Sequence record: MW021758.1
Length of the DNA: 64,000 nt
Direction: 5' to 3' (one strand)
Shown here piece after piece: positions 18,766 to 27,912 of this stretch. The first letter of the stretch is position 1. The number at the start of each line of letters is the position of its first letter. Both the position numbers and the translations under genes were made by a program. Under the pieces are notes generated by a model. It was not told where the DNA came from. It made no database searches and worked only from the letters and a program-made list of their open reading frames with translations.

Positions 18766-18842
18766 TTGGTAAACCCTTAATATTCGGTTTGAAGATAAAT
18801 TTGTAAGTTGGCTCATATCACTAGAGCCGGCGTAAAATACTA

Positions 18843-19667
18843 CTAGAGGGCCTCTCTGAGTAGCTCCACGATCGATTTGTCAGGTATCCATTGGATGTTC
18901 TGACGGATCTTTTCAGTGGTAGTCATCGGTGTCCATTTGTACTTAATTGCACAATCGATAACCGCTCGGCGAATTGCAATTGGCATACGCAAGAACTGCG
19001 TCGGGCCATCGCCAAACACCTGAATAGTGAAATCGTTGAAAGGCATGTTCTTGAGGTTCTTACCTTCCGTCAACTTCGTGTTCCATTGCGACTTAGACTT
19101 AATCGCAGCCGTGTACGACTCCAGCAAACGTAGCTGAGTGAACTTGGTACGAGAAAGTAAGTCAACCGGGTAGTGAGTAATGATCAACGCTTTGGTAGGC
19201 TCACCGCGCAATATCGATCCCTTATCCCATTCAATACTTTGGTCGACATCACGAGCAATGACAATGTCCAGTGTCTTGTTCATGAACGCATCGTATTGTT
19301 TTTGCAACGGGGTATTAGGAACCTTAATATACGCTTTCGGGAACCGACGAAGTAGATCTGCGTACTCACGGTGGTACAACTGAACGTGATCAATCTTACC
19401 GCTAGCAAAACGACGAATATACTGAACTTCTTCGATCAATGTATCCGCAATTGCTTTTGGCGTTAATAAAGGTCGGCGGATATTCTCCACCGATTCGTAG
19501 ATGTTACGGTACAGCGTGCGAATGTTAATCCACAAAGCACCATAGCGCTGATTACCAGAATCACCAGCGCTAATGTTTTTCTCTAGCCCCTCAAGAGCTA
19601 GAGCCGTGCCTATAGAAATCGGAAGTTCGCCGACAGCCCGCTGAGAAAGGACGTCGTATGCGTTCAT
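18843..19667 (-). CDS. Core hypothetical protein, possible PIN or 5'-nuclease-like fold
   Basis: 274 aa; LWINIRTLYRN strand-helix, ITHYPVDLL, QVFGDG. Confidence 0.6.
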   Translation of the reverse strand: MNAYDVLSQRAVGELPISIGTALALEGLEKNISAGDSGNQRYGALWINIRTLYRNIYESVENIRRPLLTPKAIADTLIEEVQYIRRFASGKIDHVQLYHREYADLLRRFPKAYIKVPNTPLQKQYDAFMNKTLDIVIARDVDQSIEWDKGSILRGEPTKALIITHYPVDLLSRTKFTQLRLLESYTAAIKSKSQWNTKLTEGKNLKNMPFNDFTIQVFGDGPTQFLRMPIAIRRAVIDCAIKYKWTPMTTTEKIRQNIQWIPDKSIVELLREAL

Positions 19668-19670
19668 AAC

Positions 19671-20075
19671 TTACCCTTTTCGTTTATCGAACCATAAGCG
19701 AATCAACGGTACGGCAGATGCCGCTAACAGACAGACGATAGATGCGTTAGCTGTATCAACTCGTACTCTGTAGTCGATAAGGTGGAGTCCCCAGTTGATC
19801 AGAACAAAACCAATACTGACAGCCAGGTAAGACATTACCCCAGCTAACCAGCCAGGGATACCGTCGTTTTCAGTAGTGTTAGTCATCACCCACGAACACC
19901 AGTGAACGATTAACCCAACACCTGCCCCGAAGATCAAAATACTGGAGCCGCCGTAAAACGACCAGAACGTTACCTTAGCGATAAGTCCTAATACAGGCGA
20001 CAAAGCCAAAAGTAGGATATAAGGTACCGTATTGTCTACGGTGACCTCCATTGAGTTTCTAACAATTGCCTTCAC
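19671..20075 (-). CDS. Integral membrane protein with about 4 TM segments
   Basis: Four hydrophobic stretches in 134 aa; overlaps the upstream stop codon. Confidence 0.65.
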   Translation of the reverse strand: MKAIVRNSMEVTVDNTVPYILLLALSPVLGLIAKVTFWSFYGGSSILIFGAGVGLIVHWCSWVMTNTTENDGIPGWLAGVMSYLAVSIGFVLINWGLHLIDYRVRVDTANASIVCLLAASAVPLIRLWFDKRKG

Positions 20076-21229
20076 AAAAGTCCCCTTACCAAATCAAGAT
20101 GTTCTTCGATGGTTGCTGAATCAGTACCACGATCAGACCAGCGCTTCTCTAAAAGAGAAGATACGTTTGCACGAGTAATCGGCGTAGCTACGTATTTCTG
20201 CTGGACAAACGCAGTGCCACGATGCATTGTTTTTAACTTCTTACCGTTGACTTTCTCAGTAAACTCAATATCTCCGTATATTGCTTTTACCGCTTCCATT
20301 ATAGCCATCTTAGGATCTTCAGGATCGAACAGAAGACGAATCGCAGAACCGGGTTCCCACGGCCCCTCCGAATCAATAATCTGTAAGACGTCATTGATCT
20401 CCATACCCTGAACATCAAGAGTACGGTAAATCCTAGCATCATGGTTGAATTTACGCACATAGTCCGTCTCACGCCCATTTGCATAGGTCATGTAGACTAC
20501 GCCCTTGTTTTCTTCTTCGCCGTGCCCAAGGCGCTCCAGAGAGCCTACAGACATGACGTTAAGATAACGAGAGTGAGTGTGAATGTGCCCACTAAATACC
20601 GCATACTCAACTAACTCACTCCATGCTACTGCGTCGTGCAACGCTGGAGATGGGATGCCGGGTAATTGGTAAGTGAATCCGCCATGCATAAAGACAAAGT
20701 CAACTTTTGCCAAGCCACGAGAGTGAATCAAGTCTTTGGCCTGTTGCAGAGTAACCTCAGCATTAGGCGACCATTCATCAGGTAAGAACAGAATGTTAAT
20801 CCCGTGCTTTTCCAGATACTCAATACACAGCGTGTCTCGGTAGATAACGTTACAACCTAATTCCAGTATCTTGTTCAATTTGTCGAACATGATGTTTTGG
20901 TTTCGGTCATGTGATTTGGTACCTTCCAGGACGATAAGGTCAATGTCCCGTTTGGCACAGAGTCGCATCAAGTAAATCGCCGCTTCCTGGGCGAAATATA
21001 CATCGGGATCATCTAACGATACTAAGTGATCTGTCCAGTCACCGGTAATCGCAATGATGTCTAATTCTCCCGTCTCGTCATTATCCGGAAATAGACGACG
21101 GATGGCCGCCAGCATACGTGGCGACCGAGTCCGTTTATGGAAAAAGTGAACATCACTGACGAGCCCAATACGCAGGCCTTTTTCGTCAGAAATCATACTC
21201 ATCTTCTTCGTAGACATCATCACTACCAT
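20072..21229 (-). CDS. sbcD: SbcD/Mre11-like metallophosphoesterase nuclease
   Basis: VSDVH, TGDWTD, EGTKSHD, FMHG and SGHIH calcineurin-like motifs, GSLER. Confidence 0.8.
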   Translation of the reverse strand: MVVMMSTKKMSMISDEKGLRIGLVSDVHFFHKRTRSPRMLAAIRRLFPDNDETGELDIIAITGDWTDHLVSLDDPDVYFAQEAAIYLMRLCAKRDIDLIVLEGTKSHDRNQNIMFDKLNKILELGCNVIYRDTLCIEYLEKHGINILFLPDEWSPNAEVTLQQAKDLIHSRGLAKVDFVFMHGGFTYQLPGIPSPALHDAVAWSELVEYAVFSGHIHTHSRYLNVMSVGSLERLGHGEEENKGVVYMTYANGRETDYVRKFNHDARIYRTLDVQGMEINDVLQIIDSEGPWEPGSAIRLLFDPEDPKMAIMEAVKAIYGDIEFTEKVNGKKLKTMHRGTAFVQQKYVATPITRANVSSLLEKRWSDRGTDSATIEEHLDLVRGLL

Positions 21230-21749
21230 TAGCCGCTTCTACATTAGTAGCAGCAACCGCCTTTCCAGATTCATCTTTCAGGTGACCGAAGTCACGGAGA
21301 ATAACAAACCAGTTCAGCTGATAGAACTTATTGATATCTGCGGCAGTGCCATCTGAATTGGCGATACCCTCGAACATTTTGTCCTGGGCAATGTCGCCGT
21401 TGGCGAGCAGACGGTTACGCATAGTTGCTACCATCTGGTTCTGAGTATTTACTGACATCGGGTTGGCAGTGTAACCCGAGTTAATGGTACCGATGACAGG
21501 AGGAACTAACCACTTACGTTCGCCATCCTCGGTAACATAGACCGGCAAGGAGAAGCTTTTAGCAACGTCAGCTTCCCAAGCACGCCAGGCGTTTTCACGA
21601 ATAACTTTATCTTCGCTGGTCAAGGCAGGGAGCCAGGTACGAGCAAAGGTTTCTTTATCGATGGATCCGATGGAGGCTTCGCTCCAGTCTAAGATCGCAT
21701 CCAGGAAGCTAGTATCTTCCTGAGGAATTGGAGGGGTGAGATCGGTCAT
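21186..21749 (-). CDS. Core hypothetical protein with an acidic C-terminus
   Basis: 187-aa ORF coupled to its neighbours. Confidence 0.7.
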   Translation of the reverse strand: MTDLTPPIPQEDTSFLDAILDWSEASIGSIDKETFARTWLPALTSEDKVIRENAWRAWEADVAKSFSLPVYVTEDGERKWLVPPVIGTINSGYTANPMSVNTQNQMVATMRNRLLANGDIAQDKMFEGIANSDGTAADINKFYQLNWFVILRDFGHLKDESGKAVAATNVEAANGSDDVYEEDEYDF

Positions 21750-22141
21750 TTGTCAAGTATCCTTGTAATCTCTTTAACGACGCCATCGTAGTGCTCGATG
21801 ACACGCGCGAAGTCGTACCGTATACCATCTCGCAGATATCTAATTTTTAACACTACGTTGAAAGTGTCTTTACCTTCAGGCTCCTCAGAAGTAGCCTGAA
21901 CCCGTACGTCCACAAAGTGACGACCAAACAACTCGGTGTATTGATCTTCCAACTCCTTACAAAGCTCAGTGGGTCGATCGCTGAATTGTCGAATCATGTC
22001 GTCCAAGGAGACAATCTTCCCGAAGTAGATCTCGGTCTGAGAGCGCCTGCTATAGATGCTCTCGCCGAATAACTCATCGGCAATGATAGTTGGGTCTTTG
22101 GTGTAACCGTACCCGTTTAAAGAGGCATGTACAGTTGCCAT
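21746..22141 (-). CDS. Core hypothetical protein, possibly gp25-like alpha/beta fold
   Basis: 131 aa; helix followed by three alternating beta strands (VDVRVQAT, FNVVLKIRY, RYDF). Confidence 0.65.
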   Translation of the reverse strand: MATVHASLNGYGYTKDPTIIADELFGESIYSRRSQTEIYFGKIVSLDDMIRQFSDRPTELCKELEDQYTELFGRHFVDVRVQATSEEPEGKDTFNVVLKIRYLRDGIRYDFARVIEHYDGVVKEITRILDK

Positions 22142-22223
22142 CTAGAACTCCTAATGAATGATTACTTGTCCATAGAATTCGAACAAAAAAAGAAGAGGGG
22201 CAAACGCCCCTCTTCTTCGTCTA

Positions 22224-22844
22224 TTAAAGACGCTCTTTCATTACTGAAGTCGGATCGATTCCGTCTGCGATGCAGTCGTCAATAATATCCCAGGTAGCCA
22301 GGATATCCATCTGCTCTTCCAGAGAGATAGTACCCGCACCAGGAACAGAACAACCGCCAAACGTATATTCGCTCCACCATTCACCTTTCTCGTTCTTCGT
22401 TGCCAGACCATTGGTCGCTGCACGATAGAAGAGATCTTCATAGCCTTTACCTTCCAGATCCCACTGACCGGGTTTACTACCCCAAGCATCAATGGACTGG
22501 GTATCATAACGACTACGGATGAATGGGTGCGCCAGAATCCAACGACGCATGGTCATCGGTGCTGTGGCAATTTCCGTCTGATCATCCAAGAACTGGATAA
22601 CGTCATCACGGAACAGCCCGCGTTTAACCCGGCCCAGAATACGTAGCGAGTTACGCACCGTATCGTCATACATGGATTCAATCAACCCACGAGTACGCTC
22701 CAGACCTTCCCTTGCCCGAGAAGACAACCCACGACTGAATTCTTCCAGACGAGAATATGTCCGCTCTACGGAGTCACGATCAGGCATCCCGAACGCAGCC
22801 GCTCGGAACGATCGCTCATCTCCGCTAACTATAGAAATTTTCAA
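22224..22844 (-). CDS. Core hypothetical protein
   Basis: 206 aa; TTG start directly after the exon-2 stop, with AGGAGG RBS. Confidence 0.7.
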   Translation of the reverse strand: MKISIVSGDERSFRAAAFGMPDRDSVERTYSRLEEFSRGLSSRAREGLERTRGLIESMYDDTVRNSLRILGRVKRGLFRDDVIQFLDDQTEIATAPMTMRRWILAHPFIRSRYDTQSIDAWGSKPGQWDLEGKGYEDLFYRAATNGLATKNEKGEWWSEYTFGGCSVPGAGTISLEEQMDILATWDIIDDCIADGIDPTSVMKERL

Positions 22845-23018
22845 TTACTTCCTCCTGTGAAGGTAGTTGTTTATCGTAGCCCTTACCGGAGCACCCAACG
22901 CCATATTGTTGTTCAAGGCGTGTGGTTTGTTCAGGTCGAATGTACCCGTGTGAGGTGCTAATTTGCGCACACGATGATAATCCGCCTTACTCAGGATAGG
23001 CATCCCGCCCAACATGTC
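22845..23018 (-). CDS. Exon 2 of the nvRNAP beta'-N subunit (DMLGGMPILSKADYHRVRKLAPHTGTFDLNKPHALNNNMALGAPVRATINNYLHRRK*)
   Basis: Open 57-codon frame starting with the GAC that completes NCDFDG-D; stop abuts the next gene; absent from the ORF track. Confidence 0.85.
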   Translation of the reverse strand, partial: DMLGGMPILSKADYHRVRKLAPHTGTFDLNKPHALNNNMALGAPVRATINNYLHRRK

Positions 23019-23314
23019 CCTCGGCTAAATGCACCGAGTACTTAACAGACTATATCTTCACTTGATTCTTTCAAGTGCTCCCCGTTTCGGGTTTTCCCTA
23101 CTCTACTCACTACGTTTACCACATCCGTGTTACGTGCTTTCGATAGTCGTTGAACCTTCTCCATTTTACAGGAGCTTGGATGCTGATTGTCTCTATTAGA
23201 TTGTTTTCAAGCATTCACGCTTACCGTTTCCGGTTACGTTGTAGCCAATCTACCTAGCAAGAGTTCCCAGCAGTTAAAGGAGTTTTAAGACGGCAACTTA
23301 GTTGGGTTACTTCT
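23019..23314 (-). mobile_element. Group I self-splicing intron (IA-like), 296 nt, no homing endonuclease ORF
   Basis: P AACUGCUGGGAA (23264-23275), Q AAUCAGCAUC (23179-23188), R GUUCAACGACUA (23144-23155), S AAGAUAUAGUCU (23047-23058); P1 GACGGU/GCCGUC with U.G at the 5' splice site; P9 CUCGG/CCGAG followed by the terminal G. Confidence 0.9.
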
Positions 23315-24592
23315 ACCGTCGAAGTCACAGTTCGGTGCCTTCAGCACTAGCAGCGATAGGCCGATAGTATTGTCGTGCACGTCCCTTTTGATTTTGGTGA
23401 CAAACAGGTTCTGAATCGAACGTAAGTTCAACGTTGGATTTCGACCCAGCAACTGAGGCAGACCACGTTTACCGCTAATTGTCGTAAACGGAGATTCGTC
23501 AATCAGCTCATCCAGCAGTGTGGAGATCAGCGGATTATAACGCCCTACCGAAGAGATCAGTAGATCCTCAGAGTCTTGGATGGTGAATCCGCGACGAACT
23601 AACTTTCCGATCAAGTGGGTGTGATAAACACCTAACGCAATCCCCCACGGCATATGCATTTCTTCATAGTCGTGAGATCCCGCGATAGACGTTACTACGC
23701 CACGATAAGTTGGCCCGGTACGAGATCCATAGATCTGTTTACGGAACCAGCCTTCTTTCTTACCCAGGATGTTCTTGTCGATATATTCCCGATACTTCAC
23801 CAACATCATCAGTGCTCGGAATACGTGATATTCCTTAGTCACTTGATAACGCGGTTCATCTTTACCGACCAAGCTATAAATAGCTCGTGCAGCATCGACA
23901 ACATCTGCATAGCCTTCAGCACAGAAGCGAGTTTTGTTACTAAGCTCCGTGATGATAGACCGGCGAGATGGCAGCGGGAGGACGGTTGGGAACAGGAGAT
24001 CCCTGAACTTATCGAAATACACCAACGCATCGTTACGGTTAGCGGATGGCTTGAATATCTTACTATCTACCATCGCTCCCAGGATGTCATCGAAGTTCTC
24101 GATAAAGTGATTATAGCCACGAGGGATGTTCAGTTCTTTGAACCGACGGAACGTGGCACTGGTATCGTTGGTTGGCTTATATTTGGTGTTACAGAGCCAT
24201 TCAATTGCCGAGAAGTTCTCCTGGGTGAAGTTCTTCAGCAACATGACCAACGCATTGATACGGATGAACGCACGAACACCGTTAGGTGCTCTCAGCCACA
24301 CAGAAGATTTAAACCCTCGATCGATTGGGCTCATCACTTCAGTCTGACATTTCGGACATACCGTGTTAGGGATACTTGGGTCGTTCGATGAATTATACCG
24401 ACCATGGGTGTGGCCACACTCACACGCCGGTAATGTCTCAATGAAGTCGTCGCTATATTCGGTCATGGTCAGTTCTTTGACTGGATCAGTACCTTCATAA
24501 TGCGCCGGGTCGATATCATTGAGGATAATTGGAGGACGAGGCAGAGCTGCGATATCCCTGTCATAGTCCGGATTTAACAGATAAACACCCAA
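23315..24592 (-). CDS. Exon 1 of the nvRNAP catalytic beta'-N subunit (phiKZ gp55-like)
   Basis: Zn finger CECG..CPKC, RNPTLNLRSIQ, ends in APNCDFDG; predicted spliced product 483 aa. Confidence 0.9.
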
Positions 24593-24693
24593 TTACTTTC
24601 CCCTCTTTTCTGAAAAGATAGAAAAAAAGAAAGGAGGCAAACGCCCCCTTTCTCACCCTTACGGGAGTACTTCAATTACTTCCGAACTATTAC

Positions 24694-26526
24694 TTAGAAG
24701 TAATCGTTGCGACCAGTACCACGCATACGGAACGCTTTGCCGGCGTAACCGGAAGTAGCGTACTGAGATTGGAAACCACGACGGAAACGAGTATCCTGAT
24801 AGATACCGTCAGCCTGAGTAACCATACCAGCGCGCTCGGCGGCGTTGGTCAGAGTGAACAGCCACTGGGTGTTAACCAGTACTGGAACACCGTGACCGGT
24901 GATGCGATAGGAACCGCCGGTGAATTGGTCGATGATCTCTTCCATTTTCGCCAGACGGATTTCGATCGGCAGGCTTACATCGTTCTGGCAACGATCCCAG
25001 TCTTCTACGATGCGACGATCTTTCTGGCCGAAGGCAGTCAGGATCGCGTAGTAGTCGATTTCGGTCAGAGAACGGATTTGGCCACGGTCGTCAGTCCATT
25101 CGCCCAGCAGGACGATACGGTCTTGACGTTCGCCGATATCCAGCGGGTTGATACGCGCTGCGCCCAGGCTTTCCATGAAGGCGCCTTTGGTCAGGTTATC
25201 AGCCGCTTGTACCAGCATGTCTGCGAACAGGTCGCGGTTCGGGTTCATGCGGTCGGTCGCTTGCAGCAGCAGTTTCTGCTGTTGGGTGGTGATGCCGGTT
25301 TCGTCGATCAGTACGGTTACGAAGTTCTGATCCGGTTGGATCACTACGTCGGTCAGGTCAGCCCACTCTGCATCGTCCAGAACGTCCGGCACTGCTTCGA
25401 ACTCTTCGTCCAGCTCGTAGGTCAGAGCAACCGGAGTACGCAGTTTCGCGTTGTCGCCGGCTGGCTTCAGACCAGTGGTCAGAACGTTTTCGTTGATCAG
25501 TACAGGGATCTGGGCCAGTGCCAGGCACAGGTGCTCAGGAGAAGCTTCGTGCTTCATGTGGGTGATGACCAGGTTTTTACCGTAGATCTGACGCGCTGCG
25601 TCTTCTTCACGCTGAGAACGGTAGCGAGAACGACGTTGCTGACCATCCGGACGACCCAGGAACAGCAGATCAACGTAACCTTCGATGGTTGCGATGTCCA
25701 TTGCGCCTTCAGCGTTTTCCAGTGCGTTAGACACACGGTTACGCTGACCTTTGGTTGCCAGAGATACTTCGACGGCCAGATCGCGACGACGAGGACGCTC
25801 GGTGATTTCGTCATGGGCATCGCCCTGATTGTAGATCACGCGAGAAACGAACTCGCTGCGCTGAGAGTCGATCGCATCGGTCAGAGAGAAGTGTTCGGTA
25901 CGCAGCATGTTGCCCAGGTAACCGAAGACGGAGTTCACCGCGGAGATGATCAGGTCTTCACACTTCGCTTCGCTCAGTTGCGCGTTGGTTACTGCCACGG
26001 CGCCCATCAGAACGATGTTTTCAGCTTCGCCCATGTAAGGCGCTTTGCGATTGATGATTTCGGTCAGCTTTTTCTGATACGCTTCAGTGAACTGATCGTT
26101 CGCGACGGCAGAGTACTGACGCTCGTTACGGTTGCTGATCTCTACGACTTGCTTCGGCAGAGGCTGGCCGCCGGTGAACAGCAGAGTCAGTGCAGTGGTG
26201 ATCACGCCTTCGGAGGTAGTGGCTTTACCGACAACGACAGCTGCATCCAGCTTCATTTTGGTTTCGCCAGAAGATGCTGGGATTACGGCCCAGGTCAGTT
26301 GACCGCCGGCAGACAGAGCAGCTTTGTTTGCGTCGTGATAAGCGTTGAAGCGCTCGATGAAAGTGGTCAGTTCGTTACCGGAAACGCCGGCTTGTACCAG
26401 TTGGCCGCTTTCGAAGATGTTGGTGTTCAGACGACGGCCTGCTTGTTCGCGAGGTTGTTGACCCTGTGCAGCTGCAGCGCGTTGGGTGTTTTTAGCTTCG
26501 TTAACGTTTTGGTCAGACAGACTCAT
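24694..26526 (-). CDS. chmA: Chimallin, the major phage nuclear shell protein
   Basis: 610 aa directly upstream of the beta'-N subunit, strongly biased codon usage, N- and C-terminal extensions; start moved to ATG 26526 after AAGGAG; called by synteny and size. Confidence 0.8.
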   Translation of the reverse strand: MSLSDQNVNEAKNTQRAAAAQGQQPREQAGRRLNTNIFESGQLVQAGVSGNELTTFIERFNAYHDANKAALSAGGQLTWAVIPASSGETKMKLDAAVVVGKATTSEGVITTALTLLFTGGQPLPKQVVEISNRNERQYSAVANDQFTEAYQKKLTEIINRKAPYMGEAENIVLMGAVAVTNAQLSEAKCEDLIISAVNSVFGYLGNMLRTEHFSLTDAIDSQRSEFVSRVIYNQGDAHDEITERPRRRDLAVEVSLATKGQRNRVSNALENAEGAMDIATIEGYVDLLFLGRPDGQQRRSRYRSQREEDAARQIYGKNLVITHMKHEASPEHLCLALAQIPVLINENVLTTGLKPAGDNAKLRTPVALTYELDEEFEAVPDVLDDAEWADLTDVVIQPDQNFVTVLIDETGITTQQQKLLLQATDRMNPNRDLFADMLVQAADNLTKGAFMESLGAARINPLDIGERQDRIVLLGEWTDDRGQIRSLTEIDYYAILTAFGQKDRRIVEDWDRCQNDVSLPIEIRLAKMEEIIDQFTGGSYRITGHGVPVLVNTQWLFTLTNAAERAGMVTQADGIYQDTRFRRGFQSQYATSGYAGKAFRMRGTGRNDYF

Positions 26527-26610
26527 TGTTTTGCTCCTTAAAAGCATTGTTTATTGTTTCATTGCAATGAAAGTAATTAGTTGAAGAACAAACATCTTTG
26601 TTTATCTTCA

Positions 26611-26634
26611 TAGTAGGAATATAGACGTGAAAAA
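26611..26634 (-). promoter_or_regulatory. Early-promoter-like variant upstream of chmA
   Basis: TTTTCACGTCTATATTCCTA resembles TTTTCACGTATATATTACCTA at 17912-17932. Confidence 0.45.
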
Positions 26635-26752
26635 AGTTTCATTTCGGCTATATAGCCTATAGTACGACCTGAGCACCCCGAGGCACCCAAGAATAGTTTG
26701 TACATATAATAGATTATACGTACCTAGCAACAATTCCAATCGGAATAGTTAC

Positions 26753-26782
26753 TTTTACATATCTAATGGATCGTATGTAAAA
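26753..26782. promoter_or_regulatory. Back-to-back TATGTAAAA motifs, putative divergent late promoters
   Basis: TTTTACATA-N12-TATGTAAAA inverted repeat between the divergent chmA and 26815 genes. Confidence 0.5.
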
Positions 26783-26814
26783 AATTACCTAACCCTTTAC
26801 CCATGAGGTAAACG

Positions 26815-27912
26815 ATGATCGAAATATTCAAAGACCTAAGGACAGATAACGTCAGGGATTATACGCCTGGCGCCATGAATCTCCTCAGGAACAATGCTCA
26901 ATCGAATTTGGTTCGTACCAAATACTGGTACCGTAAATCTGTACACGCAGTGGAGTCAGACCATATCCTGGTCCAGGTTCTTCAGCACGTAGCAGTCCAG
27001 TACCTGGGTAATGATGAAGACTTTTATTACCGTGTTAACACCCAGGCTGATAAGATCATCCGTGCACTTGGGCTGAACAATGAAGTTCAACTCTCAGGTG
27101 CGCTGAGTAAGAACTCTTTCTTCCCTAAAAGCGTTCGCGAATTCATTATCTGCGTCAAGCGTCGCTACCCAACCAATTTGGACGTGACAGACATCTGGAT
27201 GGACTTGGAACCTATTAAGGTAATATCTCATCCATTTACCGACTTGACCATGCAGACTCGTAATGGTGAAGATTATCCGATCGGTAAGGCCGGTGCTTTC
27301 CTAGAATTGGACATCGGTTTACTTGCTCTCCAGTTCGTTAAATGGAAAGCTAATGTCCAGGCATATAGCGAAGTCAAACCGCTAGTTACTCAGTTCGTTT
27401 ATCAATACCCATTGGTGAACATGATCAGTAGCGATATCGATACTTGCTTCTTTAACCGTCTGGCAGCGAGATGGGAGCATAAACCCATGGTAAGCCAACC
27501 CAAACGAATTGGACTGGCCTCCGTGGATTTAAACACACCTGCAGATTCAGTTATTGCCGACTTGATCAATCGGTTACGTACAGCCAACAAAGACTTCCTT
27601 ACTTTGCCAGCTCAGATCCCTCTGATCTTCCTGGATAACCTCGCAGATAAACTGCGAATCCCGGATACGTTCTTCAACCGACAGAACCTGGGTATTTATA
27701 CCTTGGCTTATATGCGATACCTGGCGTTCCTTGCCTGGGCAGGTAAAGAGACTAAGACGCAGAACAATACCCGCGTTGCTCAATACCTTGATCGCTATTT
27801 CAATCGGTTAAAGAACGGTAACTACTTCAATGGGATTACCGGCGTCGATGTTAATCGAACTCTTCAACTACTTGAGTCCGAAGTGCTGAGTCCACTTGGT
27901 CTACGTCCATAA
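26815..27912 (+). CDS. Conserved phiKZ-like protein, probable virion structural protein
   Basis: 365 aa, GAGGT RBS, opposite strand between chmA and the polymerase, TATGTA upstream. Confidence 0.7.
   Translation: MIEIFKDLRTDNVRDYTPGAMNLLRNNAQSNLVRTKYWYRKSVHAVESDHILVQVLQHVAVQYLGNDEDFYYRVNTQADKIIRALGLNNEVQLSGALSKNSFFPKSVREFIICVKRRYPTNLDVTDIWMDLEPIKVISHPFTDLTMQTRNGEDYPIGKAGAFLELDIGLLALQFVKWKANVQAYSEVKPLVTQFVYQYPLVNMISSDIDTCFFNRLAARWEHKPMVSQPKRIGLASVDLNTPADSVIADLINRLRTANKDFLTLPAQIPLIFLDNLADKLRIPDTFFNRQNLGIYTLAYMRYLAFLAWAGKETKTQNNTRVAQYLDRYFNRLKNGNYFNGITGVDVNRTLQLLESEVLSPLGLRP

Noticed and set aside
23285-23314. C-terminal RSNPTKLPS* of the track ORF, suggesting a truncated or pseudogenised RNAP subunit
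   Set aside because: These codons are the first 30 nt of the group I intron; splicing restores the full motif.
24769-26541. 590-aa antisense ORF opposite chimallin
   Set aside because: Same codon-bias shadow effect. Also applies to 13466-14710, 16833-17918, 11589-12524, 23654-24391, 18121-18780 and 35161-35667.
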